Positions 32,121 to 42,400 of a stretch of DNA of 64,000 nt are shown in pieces. The translations under genes and the position numbers were made by a program. The stretch covers positions 36,355 through 100,354 of IMG/VR virus record IMGVR_UViG_3300045988_001753; one strand, 5' to 3'. A model generated the notes under the pieces. That model did no database searches, was not told the DNA's origin, and saw only the letters and a program-made list of their open reading frames with translations. Origin of the DNA: a virus. The stretch's first letter is position 1. Every line of letters starts with the position of its first letter.

Positions 32121-32854
32121 TATTCACTTCTTTGACCAAGTTCTACACTACTCTTCAAGTCTCCTGTATAAGCAGACTTTGCAAGTTCTACTGCTCTTTG
32201 AAGAATTTCTGGGTGAAGAATAGGGTCTAATTCACATTCTGTGATAGTATTTATTCCTTCAATAGATACATTAGAATATTCATCAGCCAGATTTGCAAGT
32301 ATAATAGGCTTTGGTCTTTTTACATATCTAATCTTGTAATCAGCCAAAGAACTATTATATTTAATAACCACCTCAGAAATAAAATCAACTCCACCAGTAG
32401 ATTGGAATAGTCTCCAACCTTGATTCTTTAGGGGCTGCTTCCAAGGCTTAGACATAAGTCTTGCATACTCTTCATAATTCATAGGAATTATACTAATCAA
32501 TCTCTTAACTCCATCTACAGTGTTAATACCTGTCTCATTCAACATAAGTAGAATGTCCTGTGGCATCTTGTAGAGTTGGCTTCTGTCATCAAACTTAACA
32601 TAGCCTCCTTCAGGAGTATATTGTGATGGCTTAGCAACAGTTATTAGAGTAGAGAAATCTATCTGTCTCTTAGCATTCTCATCAAATCCCTGTCCATACT
32701 TATTACCCTTAGGATTGAAGTAATTCTTCAATATCTCCAATTGAGCCTTAGTTAGGAAGACAGACTTCTCATACTCATCAAGACCTGGAGCCTGATTGCT
32801 CATTATATTGTTATACAGAACATCAAATTCATTAGAAAATTCCTGTGTTGTCAT
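32120..32854 (-). CDS. structural-module protein, paralog A of a tandem pair
   Basis: 244 aa. MTTQEFSNEFDVL...DEYEKSVFLTKAQLEI and ECELDPILHPEILQRAVELA. TAATG stop/start overlap with paralog B. Confidence 0.75.
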   Translation of the reverse strand: MTTQEFSNEFDVLYNNIMSNQAPGLDEYEKSVFLTKAQLEILKNYFNPKGNKYGQGFDENAKRQIDFSTLITVAKPSQYTPEGGYVKFDDRSQLYKMPQDILLMLNETGINTVDGVKRLISIIPMNYEEYARLMSKPWKQPLKNQGWRLFQSTGGVDFISEVVIKYNSSLADYKIRYVKRPKPIILANLADEYSNVSIEGINTITECELDPILHPEILQRAVELAKSAYTGDLKSSVELGQRSE

Positions 32855-32869
32855 ACTCTTTTTTTTTTC

Positions 32870-33892
32870 CTACTTCAGCTTAGCTTCCAAAGCAAACTTA
32901 ACTTCTTGATGCTTAGGAGAGTTTAAGTATTTAGCTGCTACATTCAATGTAGGCTCTTCATTAGCCTCACAAAGTGGAGTATTATCCTTTCTCAAGTATA
33001 GGTAATTACCCCTATTAGAAATCAGACCTGCCTCTATAGCTCTCTTGATAAGAACCTTTGTAGAAAGCATTGGGTCAGTAATAACCTTCAAGAATATCTT
33101 GCTATCAGCCTGTATCAAGCTATTAACCTTAGTCTGTAAGAACTCAAGTTTAGCAGTCTGTGATGTAGGTCTACCATCAATGGTCTCAACAATAACTCTT
33201 AATGTATCAACATCATCCTCAATCTTACCAAACTCTTTATAGCACATCATTGTAGTGCTCATATTATTCTTAGCAACCTTAGTCTCTTCACCCTCAGAAA
33301 TGATAACAAACTGGTAAGTAGCCTTAGGAGTATCTTGCAATGCTTGCAATGAAGGAGCAATATAATCCTTGTTGGCTAATAGTATCTTATATCTGATATA
33401 ATCCTCTGGGTCAGATAGATTGAAGTAGTTATCCTGCTTTGTCAATCTTACCTTATTGATACCATTCTCATTGGAATCATCCCAAAAGTTATCTACCTTC
33501 TTATAGATACTTAGTGCATTATATTCAAGACCCATTATTTCCTCAAGAAATGCCTTTTCCTTGTCTGTAAGGACATTAACAAACATACCTGAAGATAATC
33601 TTGGTACTACAAATGTTCTAACTGCACCTTCTGCCATACCTCCTGACAATACATGCTTAGGGTTATTACCCCACATACCTGTCAGCTTAGGCACATGTCT
33701 TACAATAATTCTCTCATTTCTCAGACAACTAACTAAGGCATCATCAGATACCTCTACTTTCTTTTGTGTCTTCTTAGGGCTTTTTACAGTAGCCTCTTCT
33801 TTTGGTACTTCCTGAAGTGGAGTCTCTGTATTGTCTATATCAAAGTCAGGTACAGTATAATCCACCTTCTCTTCCATTTTCTTTTCTGCCAT
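32870..33892 (-). CDS. hypothetical capsid-module protein
   Basis: 340 aa, the first gene after the MCP terminator. Confidence 0.7.
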   Translation of the reverse strand: MAEKKMEEKVDYTVPDFDIDNTETPLQEVPKEEATVKSPKKTQKKVEVSDDALVSCLRNERIIVRHVPKLTGMWGNNPKHVLSGGMAEGAVRTFVVPRLSSGMFVNVLTDKEKAFLEEIMGLEYNALSIYKKVDNFWDDSNENGINKVRLTKQDNYFNLSDPEDYIRYKILLANKDYIAPSLQALQDTPKATYQFVIISEGEETKVAKNNMSTTMMCYKEFGKIEDDVDTLRVIVETIDGRPTSQTAKLEFLQTKVNSLIQADSKIFLKVITDPMLSTKVLIKRAIEAGLISNRGNYLYLRKDNTPLCEANEEPTLNVAAKYLNSPKHQEVKFALEAKLK

Positions 33893-33909
33893 ATCTTCTC
33901 CTTAACTTT

Positions 33910-33950
33910 TTGAAATAAAATAAGGGAAGTAGGAGCTTATCCTACTCCCC
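33910..33950 (-). terminator. rho-independent terminator after the major capsid gene
   Basis: Minus-strand stem GGGGAGTAGGA-TAAGC-TCCTACTTCCC followed by UUAUUUUAUUU. Confidence 0.8.
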
Positions 33951-33958
33951 TTTTATCA

Positions 33959-35470
33959 TTAGCCCTGTAGAATTGCAGGGATTAGTGACATAGTTCTTGT
34001 TGGGTCAAGAACACAGATACCAAGAGTAGCCATTCTGTGAATTACAGCAGAATCCTCATCAAATGACATGTAAGGATTACCCTTTTGACCTGTGAATGGG
34101 TTTCTTAGACCCCATTGATAACCTCTGTACTCATTGTCACCCTTAATCTTACACTTAAAGATATTAGGTTGGTCCATAGTACCAATGTACATAATATCAT
34201 ATCTGTAAGAGAATGCAACACCTCCATTTGGATGGAGTATCTTGTTTCTTACTGGGTCATCATAGAATGGGTCTACATCAATCTTAACTCTAACACCATT
34301 AGGAGCCTTATACTCAACAAATTGGAAACCAGCACTCAATGAGTTTTGGTGCAACTTAGATTGAGTCTTTTGAATAACACCAATAGAGCTGTTGTCAAGA
34401 ACAAATTGTGTCCAACCTGATACTGTCTTTAGTACTTCCTTGTGGAATTGGATAGCACCTCTTTCACCAGTCTTAATCAAGAAGTATCTGTCTCCAAAGT
34501 CTAACTTAGAAGCAGAAAGCTCATATAGAGCATCTTCAAGAAGCTTCAAGCTGAATGTGTTGTAATACATAGTATTAGCAACTTCCATCTGCTCAAACAG
34601 ACCAGCACCTGTCTTAATAACATTACCAGACTTACCAAAGTTCATGTACTCACCATTGGCATTTCTGTTGCTTCTACCAAATGCAAGTGCATTGTTCTTG
34701 TACTCAGAGAATTGCTGTTCTACTTCCCAATCTACATTGTGCATCCACATTGTAGCAACTGACTTAGTATATCTACCCTCAGTTTCCTTAACAATAGGAA
34801 TACCTACAGCCAGCTTCTTGTTCAGCATAGAACCTGGAACCTTGTGCTGGATTCTTACTACAGACCACTCATTTCTCATAGAAACAGGGCTTGTAAATCT
34901 TACATCACCAACCTTTCTTGAAAGTTCCTTCTCAACAAATGCAGCTTCAACTGAGAATCTCTCACCTGCAAGCAATCTTTCAGCAGGAACACCTGCTGTG
35001 TTACCACCAGCAAGCTCTACCTTATACACTGCATTAGTACCCTCCATTCTTGGGTCTCCAAGTATTCTGAACTGATAGATTTCATTCAGATTACCTACAA
35101 TGTATTCACCATCAGCAAACCAATCCTCAGGGAATACCAAATAGAAGGGAGCAGTGCCTACTCCAATCATACCACTGGCATCTGTAACAACAGTACCATT
35201 TTCATCTCTTGCCTCTACAAGAGGAATGTTTCTCCTTGAAGAACCAATAACATCCCAGTAGTATTCATTATCATCCTCAAACTCTCTTGTTGGGAATTGA
35301 TTTAGGAATGTGTCAAGTGTCTTTCCTCTGTAATAAGCCAACAGTTGCACCATTAGGTTTGTAGCCTTCTGTGGAGCTAACTGAAAGATAGAACCAAGGT
35401 GGTTTTCCTTAGTAAGACCCTTCCAGTGTTGGAAGCCTACCATTTGAAACTTACCTAATTTTCCAGCCAT
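33959..35470 (-). CDS. major capsid protein (HK97-fold class, crAss-like size)
   Basis: 503 aa. It lies directly downstream of an acidic scaffold-like gene and is followed by a strong terminator. Size and position fit crAss-like MCPs. No sequence search was possible. Confidence 0.6.
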   Translation of the reverse strand: MAGKLGKFQMVGFQHWKGLTKENHLGSIFQLAPQKATNLMVQLLAYYRGKTLDTFLNQFPTREFEDDNEYYWDVIGSSRRNIPLVEARDENGTVVTDASGMIGVGTAPFYLVFPEDWFADGEYIVGNLNEIYQFRILGDPRMEGTNAVYKVELAGGNTAGVPAERLLAGERFSVEAAFVEKELSRKVGDVRFTSPVSMRNEWSVVRIQHKVPGSMLNKKLAVGIPIVKETEGRYTKSVATMWMHNVDWEVEQQFSEYKNNALAFGRSNRNANGEYMNFGKSGNVIKTGAGLFEQMEVANTMYYNTFSLKLLEDALYELSASKLDFGDRYFLIKTGERGAIQFHKEVLKTVSGWTQFVLDNSSIGVIQKTQSKLHQNSLSAGFQFVEYKAPNGVRVKIDVDPFYDDPVRNKILHPNGGVAFSYRYDIMYIGTMDQPNIFKCKIKGDNEYRGYQWGLRNPFTGQKGNPYMSFDEDSAVIHRMATLGICVLDPTRTMSLIPAILQG

Positions 35471-35512
35471 AAATAATTTAATTTATCAGTTATTTTACTC
35501 TATACTATAGGC

Positions 35513-36679
35513 TTAGACATCAAGATTCCACCCTTTTCCTATGAAAGATTCAGGGTCCTCATCAACTCCACTGACAAACTTTAGATTACCATCTGAGGTT
35601 CTTGCTGTGTTGTTGAGAGTATGTTCCAGCTCTCTAAGACCTTTCTTTACTTCTTTCTTTACTTTACCTTTCACCAAACCATCAAGGTTCTTAAAGCCAT
35701 CAGTTAGTGTGAAAAGTAACCCAATGTTCTTTAGGAAGTCTGTTCTGTTCTCCATCTCATACTTTTGGATGGCAGTAAAGTACTCTCCTGTCTCTGGGTC
35801 TTTATACACAGGCTTAGCTATGTTATCATAAATCTTCTGTCTTGTTGATTTATCTATTGATAAATCCCCAAACACATCCTTGTCATTAAGGATTGATGAT
35901 TTAAGCTTTTCAGCCTGTTCCTTTCTTTCTTTCTCTTCCTGTTCTACTTCTGACTTAGCCTCATTGACAAGCTCATCATACTTATCTTTGAAGAAGTCAA
36001 TATTACTTTTCAAAGCCTCTTTTGCATCATCAATATCAGTACCAGCATTGAAAGACTTTTGCACTTCTCTTGCAGCTCTTTCCTTACTATAACCTCTATT
36101 GATAAAGTCTTGATAAATCAGGTCTTTTCTAAGTTTTTCTCCCTTATCACCTTCATCAGAGATATTCTCTTCCTTAATAGAATCAAGGAAGTTTATAGTA
36201 TTCTCATACTTTCTAATCTCTGTAGGTTCAACTCCAGCATTCAAGGCTTCATCAATTCTTTTCTGTCTTTCATCAAGACCTGCCTTTATCTGTTGGTCAA
36301 TTAAATCTCTAAAGTCTTCAGGGTCTTTAACCTTAGATAAGCCCTCATCATCAAGGTCTGGGAAGATACCTTCCTCTTTCAAGGCTTTGGCAATGGAAGA
36401 GTAGAAGTTTTTGGGAGAAGTGCCATCCCCTTTAGGAGTGGTATCTTCCTTTTCCTCTGTATTTTCTTTTCCACTACCTACGCTCTCTGGTGTATCAGTA
36501 AATAAGTTATCTACATCAACAACCTCAGTAGTTTCTTCTTTATCCTTATCTGGCTCCTCCTCTTTCTTAGGAGGCTCCCCATTTGCAGGTGGGGTATCCT
36601 GTGTATCCTCATCTTCTACAAACAGATTCTCAATTTCCTCTGCTCCTAAGATGTTATCTAAGCTAAGTTCTTCTTCCAT
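35513..36679 (-). CDS. scaffolding-like protein (acidic, coiled coil)
   Basis: 388 aa. The N-terminus is extremely D/E-rich and the remainder is K/E coiled coil. It sits immediately upstream of the MCP and has its own promoter. Confidence 0.5.
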   Translation of the reverse strand: MEEELSLDNILGAEEIENLFVEDEDTQDTPPANGEPPKKEEEPDKDKEETTEVVDVDNLFTDTPESVGSGKENTEEKEDTTPKGDGTSPKNFYSSIAKALKEEGIFPDLDDEGLSKVKDPEDFRDLIDQQIKAGLDERQKRIDEALNAGVEPTEIRKYENTINFLDSIKEENISDEGDKGEKLRKDLIYQDFINRGYSKERAAREVQKSFNAGTDIDDAKEALKSNIDFFKDKYDELVNEAKSEVEQEEKERKEQAEKLKSSILNDKDVFGDLSIDKSTRQKIYDNIAKPVYKDPETGEYFTAIQKYEMENRTDFLKNIGLLFTLTDGFKNLDGLVKGKVKKEVKKGLRELEHTLNNTARTSDGNLKFVSGVDEDPESFIGKGWNLDV

Positions 36680-36710
36680 ACTCTTCTACCTTTTTGTTCT
36701 TAAAACAGTG

Positions 36711-36740
36711 CAAAGGTAAGTAAAGTTTTGCATATCTACA
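36711..36740 (-). promoter_or_regulatory. Bacteroidota-type promoter (-7 TACCTTTG)
   Basis: The minus strand reads ATATGCAAAACTTTACTTACCTTTGCA, 32 nt before the ATG at 36679. Confidence 0.6.
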
Positions 36741-36794
36741 ACATGGTAAATAAATTGCTTTTACTTGTATAAGTAAAATACTTGCAATATGGAC

Positions 36795-36827
36795 AAAAAA
36801 GAAAGGGTAAGATTACCTCTTACCCTT
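36795..36827 (-). terminator. rho-independent terminator
   Basis: Minus-strand stem AAGGGTAAGA-GGTAA-TCTTACCCTT followed by UCUUUUUUG, just after the stop at 36834. Confidence 0.75.
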
Positions 36828-36833
36828 ATCTTA

Positions 36834-37205
36834 TTAGTATTCTCCAAGATATTCTACTACCTTGTTTTCAGCTTTGCAATCTGCATCCTTAAACCAGAAT
36901 ACAATAGCAGATTCAACTATCTTCTGTTCTATACCATCACCAAACCAGTTCTTAAACAGTTCTGCATAGTCATGGTACTGAGAGTTGATTGCAACATATA
37001 CATCAGCAACTGTAGCAGATGTAGGGAGTATTCCCCTATATCTCTCACAAATCTCTTTTGCCTTGTGCATATCAAACTTCTCACCACTGTACTTTCTGCC
37101 ATTCTCAGTATGATACATATCAGCTACAAGATACTTAGCCTCAGATTCAGTGAAGTGCTCTCCACTCATTGAATTTCTCATTGAGTTTCTCATGTATCTC
37201 ATCAT
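36834..37205 (-). CDS. hypothetical protein
   Basis: 123 aa, ATG start. Confidence 0.7.
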   Translation of the reverse strand: MMRYMRNSMRNSMSGEHFTESEAKYLVADMYHTENGRKYSGEKFDMHKAKEICERYRGILPTSATVADVYVAINSQYHDYAELFKNWFGDGIEQKIVESAIVFWFKDADCKAENKVVEYLGEY

Positions 37206-37209
37206 CCTA

Positions 37210-37461
37210 TCAACTTAATTCTTTGAAACCTATCTCATGCTTACCTCTTGGTAATTTTCCTTCTCTAACATAGTTATCAAAAGTTGCTCTACTGACATTC
37301 AAATATTCACAAGCTGCATACTTGCTTAATCTCTTCTCCTTATCAGTAAACCTCTTCAAACTATCTACTATTTCTATAGCTTCTCCCTCAGATATATTTG
37401 AATTGCCTGCATCAATATCATCTACTATCTTTAATAGTAGGCTTCTTATGACTCTTAACAT
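37210..37461 (-). CDS. small helix-turn-helix DNA-binding protein (excisionase/MerR-like HTH)
   Basis: 83 aa. LSKYAACEYLNVSRATFDNYVREGKLPRG is a typical HTH_17-type segment. Confidence 0.55.
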   Translation of the reverse strand: MLRVIRSLLLKIVDDIDAGNSNISEGEAIEIVDSLKRFTDKEKRLSKYAACEYLNVSRATFDNYVREGKLPRGKHEIGFKELS

Positions 37462-37822
37462 ATAAATACAATATTACAAACAGGAATAATCCTGTTATAG
37501 TTCCATGAATCATCAACAGCTCTAAGTCCTCAATTGGAATACCTACATAGTAATCAATTATGTTTATTATATCAGTTACCAAGATATAATGTAAGAACAT
37601 CTTGTGATATAAACAAAACCTAAATACTGTTGCAGATAAATACATAAATATCCAAGGCAATATAGACATTCCTGCCAGATTGCTCAATACAGGAATGTCT
37701 ATATAAAAGTAGGATAAAGCTGTGTTTAGTACATATACTAATGATATTAACATAGGTATGTATTTAAGCATTAGTATAAGTAACTTGTACATACTTTTAT
37801 TTAAGTTTTCCTCCACAGCCAT
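37418..37822 (-). CDS. multi-pass membrane protein (holin candidate)
   Basis: 134 aa with 3-4 hydrophobic helices. It lies next to the DUF5675-like gene. Confidence 0.5.
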   Translation of the reverse strand: MAVEENLNKSMYKLLILMLKYIPMLISLVYVLNTALSYFYIDIPVLSNLAGMSILPWIFMYLSATVFRFCLYHKMFLHYILVTDIINIIDYYVGIPIEDLELLMIHGTITGLFLFVILYLYVKSHKKPTIKDSR

Positions 37823-37886
37823 ACCTTGTTCTCTTGATACCAGCCTTTGGTGACATTGGCTTTGGTCTTCTCTTTCCTCTTGCCAT
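37797..37886 (-). CDS. 29-aa highly basic peptide MARGKRRPKPMSPKAGIKRTRYGCGGKLK (speculative)
   Basis: ATG ORF not in the track. Its stop overlaps the start of the 134-aa membrane gene, and it fills an otherwise empty gap. Confidence 0.3.
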   Translation of the reverse strand: MARGKRRPKPMSPKAGIKRTRYGCGGKLK

Positions 37887-37902
37887 AATTTTACACTTTT
37901 AG

Positions 37903-37956
37903 TTATTTACCTTTCTTACCTTTACCTTTTCCTTTACAACCACATTTCTTTGCCAT
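37903..37956 (-). CDS. 17-aa Lys/Gly/Cys peptide MAKKCGCKGKGKGKKGK (speculative)
   Basis: The ATG lies 3 nt after the stop of the 156-aa gene. Not in the track. Confidence 0.3.
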   Translation of the reverse strand: MAKKCGCKGKGKGKKGK

Positions 37957-37958
37957 AA

Positions 37959-38429
37959 CTATAGAATTTTAATGGTTATTTTTTCACCTTTATCATGCTT
38001 GTCTTTAAGGAGCTTGTATAGCTCTTTGAAAGTTTCTCTACTGTTTATTACTTGACCCTTAACTTTATTGACACCTACTAATAGGCATCCTGCTGAGTCT
38101 TTGTCAGTATTACCAGCGTGAATAAGTATGCCTTCAAATCCCTTTACATTAAGTAGTCTTGGCACTTTACCATTACATACTTGCTTGTAAAAACTATTAG
38201 TACAGTACTTAGGAGAAATGACATCTAAGGTAATCTCGTAAGTACCCTTTGGAATAGCTGTAATTGAAGGTTTCTTCAATTCTCTAATCTTGGCTATGCT
38301 CATAGAGTCATCTAACCCTCTATCAGCATCTTCAAGTACATTGCAAAACCACTTCCCATCAATAGTAAGATTACTTATGGTGTAGCTCTGCTTCTTCCAT
38401 TTTCTGTCTACTATTAACTCCATGCTCAT
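37959..38429 (-). CDS. DUF5675-like protein, candidate cell-wall hydrolase/endolysin
   Basis: 156 aa. ISNLTIDGKWFCNVLED...IPKGTYEI...LLNVKGFEGILIHAGNTDKDSAGCLLVG matches the pattern I recall for DUF5675 (an IHxGN...GC motif reminiscent of the YkuD fold). Confidence 0.45.
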   Translation of the reverse strand: MSMELIVDRKWKKQSYTISNLTIDGKWFCNVLEDADRGLDDSMSIAKIRELKKPSITAIPKGTYEITLDVISPKYCTNSFYKQVCNGKVPRLLNVKGFEGILIHAGNTDKDSAGCLLVGVNKVKGQVINSRETFKELYKLLKDKHDKGEKITIKIL

Positions 38430-38748
38430 TAAAAAGGTTTAAGTTTCTCTTTCTCAATTGGCAGGTAAGGTCAGTACATATGGAACTCATAAGGTTAAAC
38501 ATCTGTTTCCTAAGCTCCCCCACTTCCTGCTCTAACTCTGCATTTCTTTTTAGCACCTCTTCCAACCTCTCTCTATTATCAGTAGAGAGCTTCTCATAAA
38601 AGTCTAATGATTCTTTCATGTTATTTATGAGGTTACTATCAACTTCACTATCATACTTCTTTCTTGCAAAGAACCATGATGTCCAGCCACTGACTATTGT
38701 GGTAATAAGCCCTATACCTCCAGTGATTAGTATTCCTAAGTCAATCAT
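38371..38748 (-). CDS. N-terminally anchored coiled-coil membrane protein (holin/spanin candidate)
   Basis: 125 aa. TM segment LGILITGGIGLITTIVSGWTSWFF, then the coiled coil RLEEVLKRNAELEQEVGELRKQ. It overlaps the next gene by 59 nt. Confidence 0.5.
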   Translation of the reverse strand: MIDLGILITGGIGLITTIVSGWTSWFFARKKYDSEVDSNLINNMKESLDFYEKLSTDNRERLEEVLKRNAELEQEVGELRKQMFNLMSSICTDLTCQLRKRNLNLFNEHGVNSRQKMEEAELHHK

Positions 38749-38750
38749 AA

Positions 38751-39368
38751 TTATTCTACAATTTCAATGAATCTTTGTTGTTTGTTCTCAATATAAGGGT
38801 TCTTCTCCACAACATTCACTTCTACTACTTTATGCTTCTTTTGAAATAGCCTGAGTAACCAACATTTCTTTGGGGGATTTATAGTCTCTTTCTTATAATC
38901 CACCATTATGTACTTCTCACTGACAAACTTAGGGTCTGTAGTGATTGTACTTGGGTATTTAAGCCCAAGCTTCATTTGATACCACTTATCTCCTACAAGT
39001 GTATCTATGTCTAATGTAGGTTCTCTGAACAGAGTATCTCTAAATACTATTGTATCTTTCTTTGTAGCCTCAGATAAAAGATATTGCATCTGCCTCAAAT
39101 TATCATCCTTTATCTTTAACTCCTTCCTGACATCATTCATCTTTTGCAAGATAGAGTCATTGTAGTAGTTAAGTTGCTCTACAGTAAATTTGAATACTCT
39201 ATTCTCTTCTTTTAGGGAGGAGTTCTCAGCTATGAATGCCTTTTGATTGGATATTGATACTGATATTTCCTCTTTAAGGTCTTGGTTTCTGTTGTACAAT
39301 GTATATGTACTTACAGCAAGCAAGCTTATTAAAATGACTATCCCAATTCTTATATATTTCTTTACCAT
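38751..39368 (-). CDS. N-terminally anchored membrane protein (spanin-like candidate)
   Basis: The track start at 39374 is GTG and the first ATG is at 39368. One N-terminal TM segment (IGIVILISLLAVSTYTL) followed by coiled coil. Confidence 0.5.
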   Translation of the reverse strand: MVKKYIRIGIVILISLLAVSTYTLYNRNQDLKEEISVSISNQKAFIAENSSLKEENRVFKFTVEQLNYYNDSILQKMNDVRKELKIKDDNLRQMQYLLSEATKKDTIVFRDTLFREPTLDIDTLVGDKWYQMKLGLKYPSTITTDPKFVSEKYIMVDYKKETINPPKKCWLLRLFQKKHKVVEVNVVEKNPYIENKQQRFIEIVE

Positions 39369-39391
39369 AAGCACATACTTTTATCAGGGTG

Positions 39392-39424
39392 CAAATATAT
39401 AAAAAATAAATCACCTATGCAATA
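39392..39424 (-). promoter_or_regulatory. Bacteroidota-type promoter (-7 TATATTTG)
   Basis: The minus strand reads ATTGCATAGGTGATTTATTTTTTATATATTTGCA, upstream of 39368. Confidence 0.55.
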
Positions 39425-39441
39425 GCATAAGTGATTTATTT
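39404..39441 (-). terminator. 11-bp hairpin AAATAAATCAC/GTGATTTATTT + U-run after the fibre gene
   Basis: Perfect inverted repeat. The minus-strand 3' arm runs into UUUUUAUAUAUUU. It overlaps the promoter -33 region. Confidence 0.6.
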
Positions 39442-39462
39442 CTAATAATCAGATATTTTAGT

Positions 39463-42400
39463 TTATTGTAGTACAGCCCAAATAGTAGCTGTCATAGCAT
39501 CACCAATTTGCTGGTAGCCAGGGTCTGAAGGATGCACACCTTCAGTAGGTTTTGTTTCCTGGATAGAAATTCTTGATGCTACATTTGCAGCAGCTAATGG
39601 GTATCCATACCATCTATCAATCTGCATACCACTACCACAGATAAGAACATTTTCATTGTAGGCACCATTATCAAATGTTTTAACAAGAGCTTCCCTAAGA
39701 CTCTGCATATCTATTCTCATAGGATAATGTCTTCTATCAGAATCAGCTATTGCAGATGACCTACTCTTAGGATAGCAAATAGCAAATTTACCATTACCAT
39801 CTGCTAAGTAAGCATCAATTAGCTTTTTAGCATTATTGACTATATTATTAATATCTGTTTGGGTCTTGCTTCCTGTATATATATCATTAATGCCTAAATC
39901 ACTCAACATTAAATCAATCTTCTCATCTTCTTCCAAACCTAATATAACAGTTCTATAATACCCAAAGTCCAATGTGCCCACTCCTTCATTATTCTTAAAT
40001 GGAGACCATCCACTTAGCCTCTGTACTCTTGTAACTTCTATACTGGATGGCATAGAAGCAGCCCCACTTGTTTTAGTAGCAGTTCCAGTCCAAGAAGTAT
40101 CTACACTACTATTGTTATATCCAATAGCATATCCTGTACCATCTCCATTAAGGTGCCATAAATGCCTTAGATATACATTAGCTCCTCCTATGTTATAGTA
40201 AGGTGATGGATTAGCAGTTGCTATATCATCTTCTGTAAATCCTTCTGGCACATTAAAGTCTACTCTAATAACAGTCTCACCATTAGCAAACATACTATAT
40301 GTTTTCTCAGTTCTGGCTTCATGTCTCCAAGTCTTAGTACTGTCGCTTCTTGTTCCAAGCATTATAGGAGCTATGCCTCCAGTAGCCTCTTCATGGAAAT
40401 TCTTATATATCCTATTTGCTACATTACCATTTTCATTAGTACTATCACCTATAATTAGGATTCTCTTTTGAGTGGATGGATTAACATTATCTACTACTTC
40501 AAGACCAACAGTAAATCTCTCATCGGGAGATTCTGTGGAGAACTTTTGATTCTTATTATTGTAGTAATCAATAGTTAATGTATGCTTCCCAATATCAGAT
40601 GATTGCATAGTTCTTTGGTAACTTCTATAGTTCAAAGCTTTCCACTGACTTTCAATCTCAGATTGAATGTTGAACATCCAAGAAGGCTCACCCTTACCAT
40701 AATCAGGTAAAAGATTAAATCCATCATAGTACAAATTAAACTCCAATCCTACTGCTGCATGAAGTGTGGCAGGTAAAATGGACCTTGAAGTAAATTTGGA
40801 GGTATCACCACTCTCTTCCAATTCTGCTATCCTTTGGCTATTACTATCTATATCTCTTCTCAAGGTATCACCACTCTCTCCTATGATAGCAAATATAGGC
40901 TCAATATTACCAATGTAATTATTATAAGTAACCATATTGGCATATGAAAAATATCCAAGACCAAAAACCTGAGTATCATAGTTGTAGCTTGAACACCTAT
41001 ATACTAACTGTAATGAATCATGGTACTCCTCATCTCCTTCATATACCCATGAAGATATAGGAGCTATGCCTGATTCCAATGTATCATCTGGGTCAAATAA
41101 TACCACACTAATAGTCTTATTAGCATCAACTGTTACCCTATCAGGTAGGTCTATGGCATAGAAGGTCTTATTAGACCTTGTAGGCAAATCTGTATAAGGA
41201 TTAATACTTTTTTCAAGAATAAATCCTTCCTCACCTCTTAAATCAGAAGTAGTAACTTGCCTATCAAGTACATATACTCTAAGCTTACATTCCTTATTTG
41301 AAACTATTGATGAAGACTGACATAATGTAGTATAAATTCTATCAAATGTTATCTGACTTCTTGTGACAGCATATAATACTCTACATCCATTATCTTGCAA
41401 TATCTTCCAGTGAGAATTATCATAATAGCTCCCATAATTAGAGTTATCTTCAGCCTCTTGAACAGTATTAGATTTAGGGAGATATGATTCCTCTAATGCA
41501 CTTACTCTGTCCTTTAATCTTGTATAGGTAGAATTATCTTTCAATATCAGAGGTATCTGATACTGGTAGGCATAGGCTCCTGTATTGTTAAAGAAACCCC
41601 AACCCCTTGGAATAGGAACTTCCTCAGTAGGACCATTACTTTGTCTGTACCAAGAGCTGAGTTCATCCTTAAACTCAGGCTCAGTTTTTCCAAAGTTAAG
41701 ATACTTCATCCTAACCCCTGAACTTATTGTACTTAACTCACCAGTAAATATAACTACCTGTACTACACTGCCTACGGCAATATCAACATCATCTAATGAT
41801 ATTATAAGTTGATTATTAACAAAATCAGATAATTGCAAATCCCTGTTTACTACAGTAAACAAGTCTGGACTATCTGTAGGATTAACCAAACTTCCTAAAT
41901 CAAATATACCTACCATTAGCTTAGTACCCTTCCTAAGCTCACTTACTTTATAGAATTGTGTCTCAATGGTACTAACCTTAGTAGTAGTAGTAGTAAGCCT
42001 AACATATTGACACAATCCAGTATTATCACCAGTATATAAGATGGCTTGAGAAAGGTCAAGCAAATTACCATAATGCTCTGTATAAGCATAATCAACAGAT
42101 TCCTTTACACTATTAGCATCTAAGATGCTAATATCCCTCTTATTTATAGCTGACCATATTGTAGGATGAACAGGCTTACTAACCTTATCAAGTTTAACTT
42201 GAAATGAAGGATATGTACCTAATTCAGGAGTTACCCATTTGCTATCATCTCCCAATAAAGCTACTTGGAAGTACTCATTTTCTCCATACCAAAGAGTAAG
42301 TCCCCCAATCTCAACATCAGTCTTGTTAATGCCGACTGTATGTACCCAATTACCATCCTTATAAATACCTCCAGAAATGTTATGTAGTGATGACCAACCA

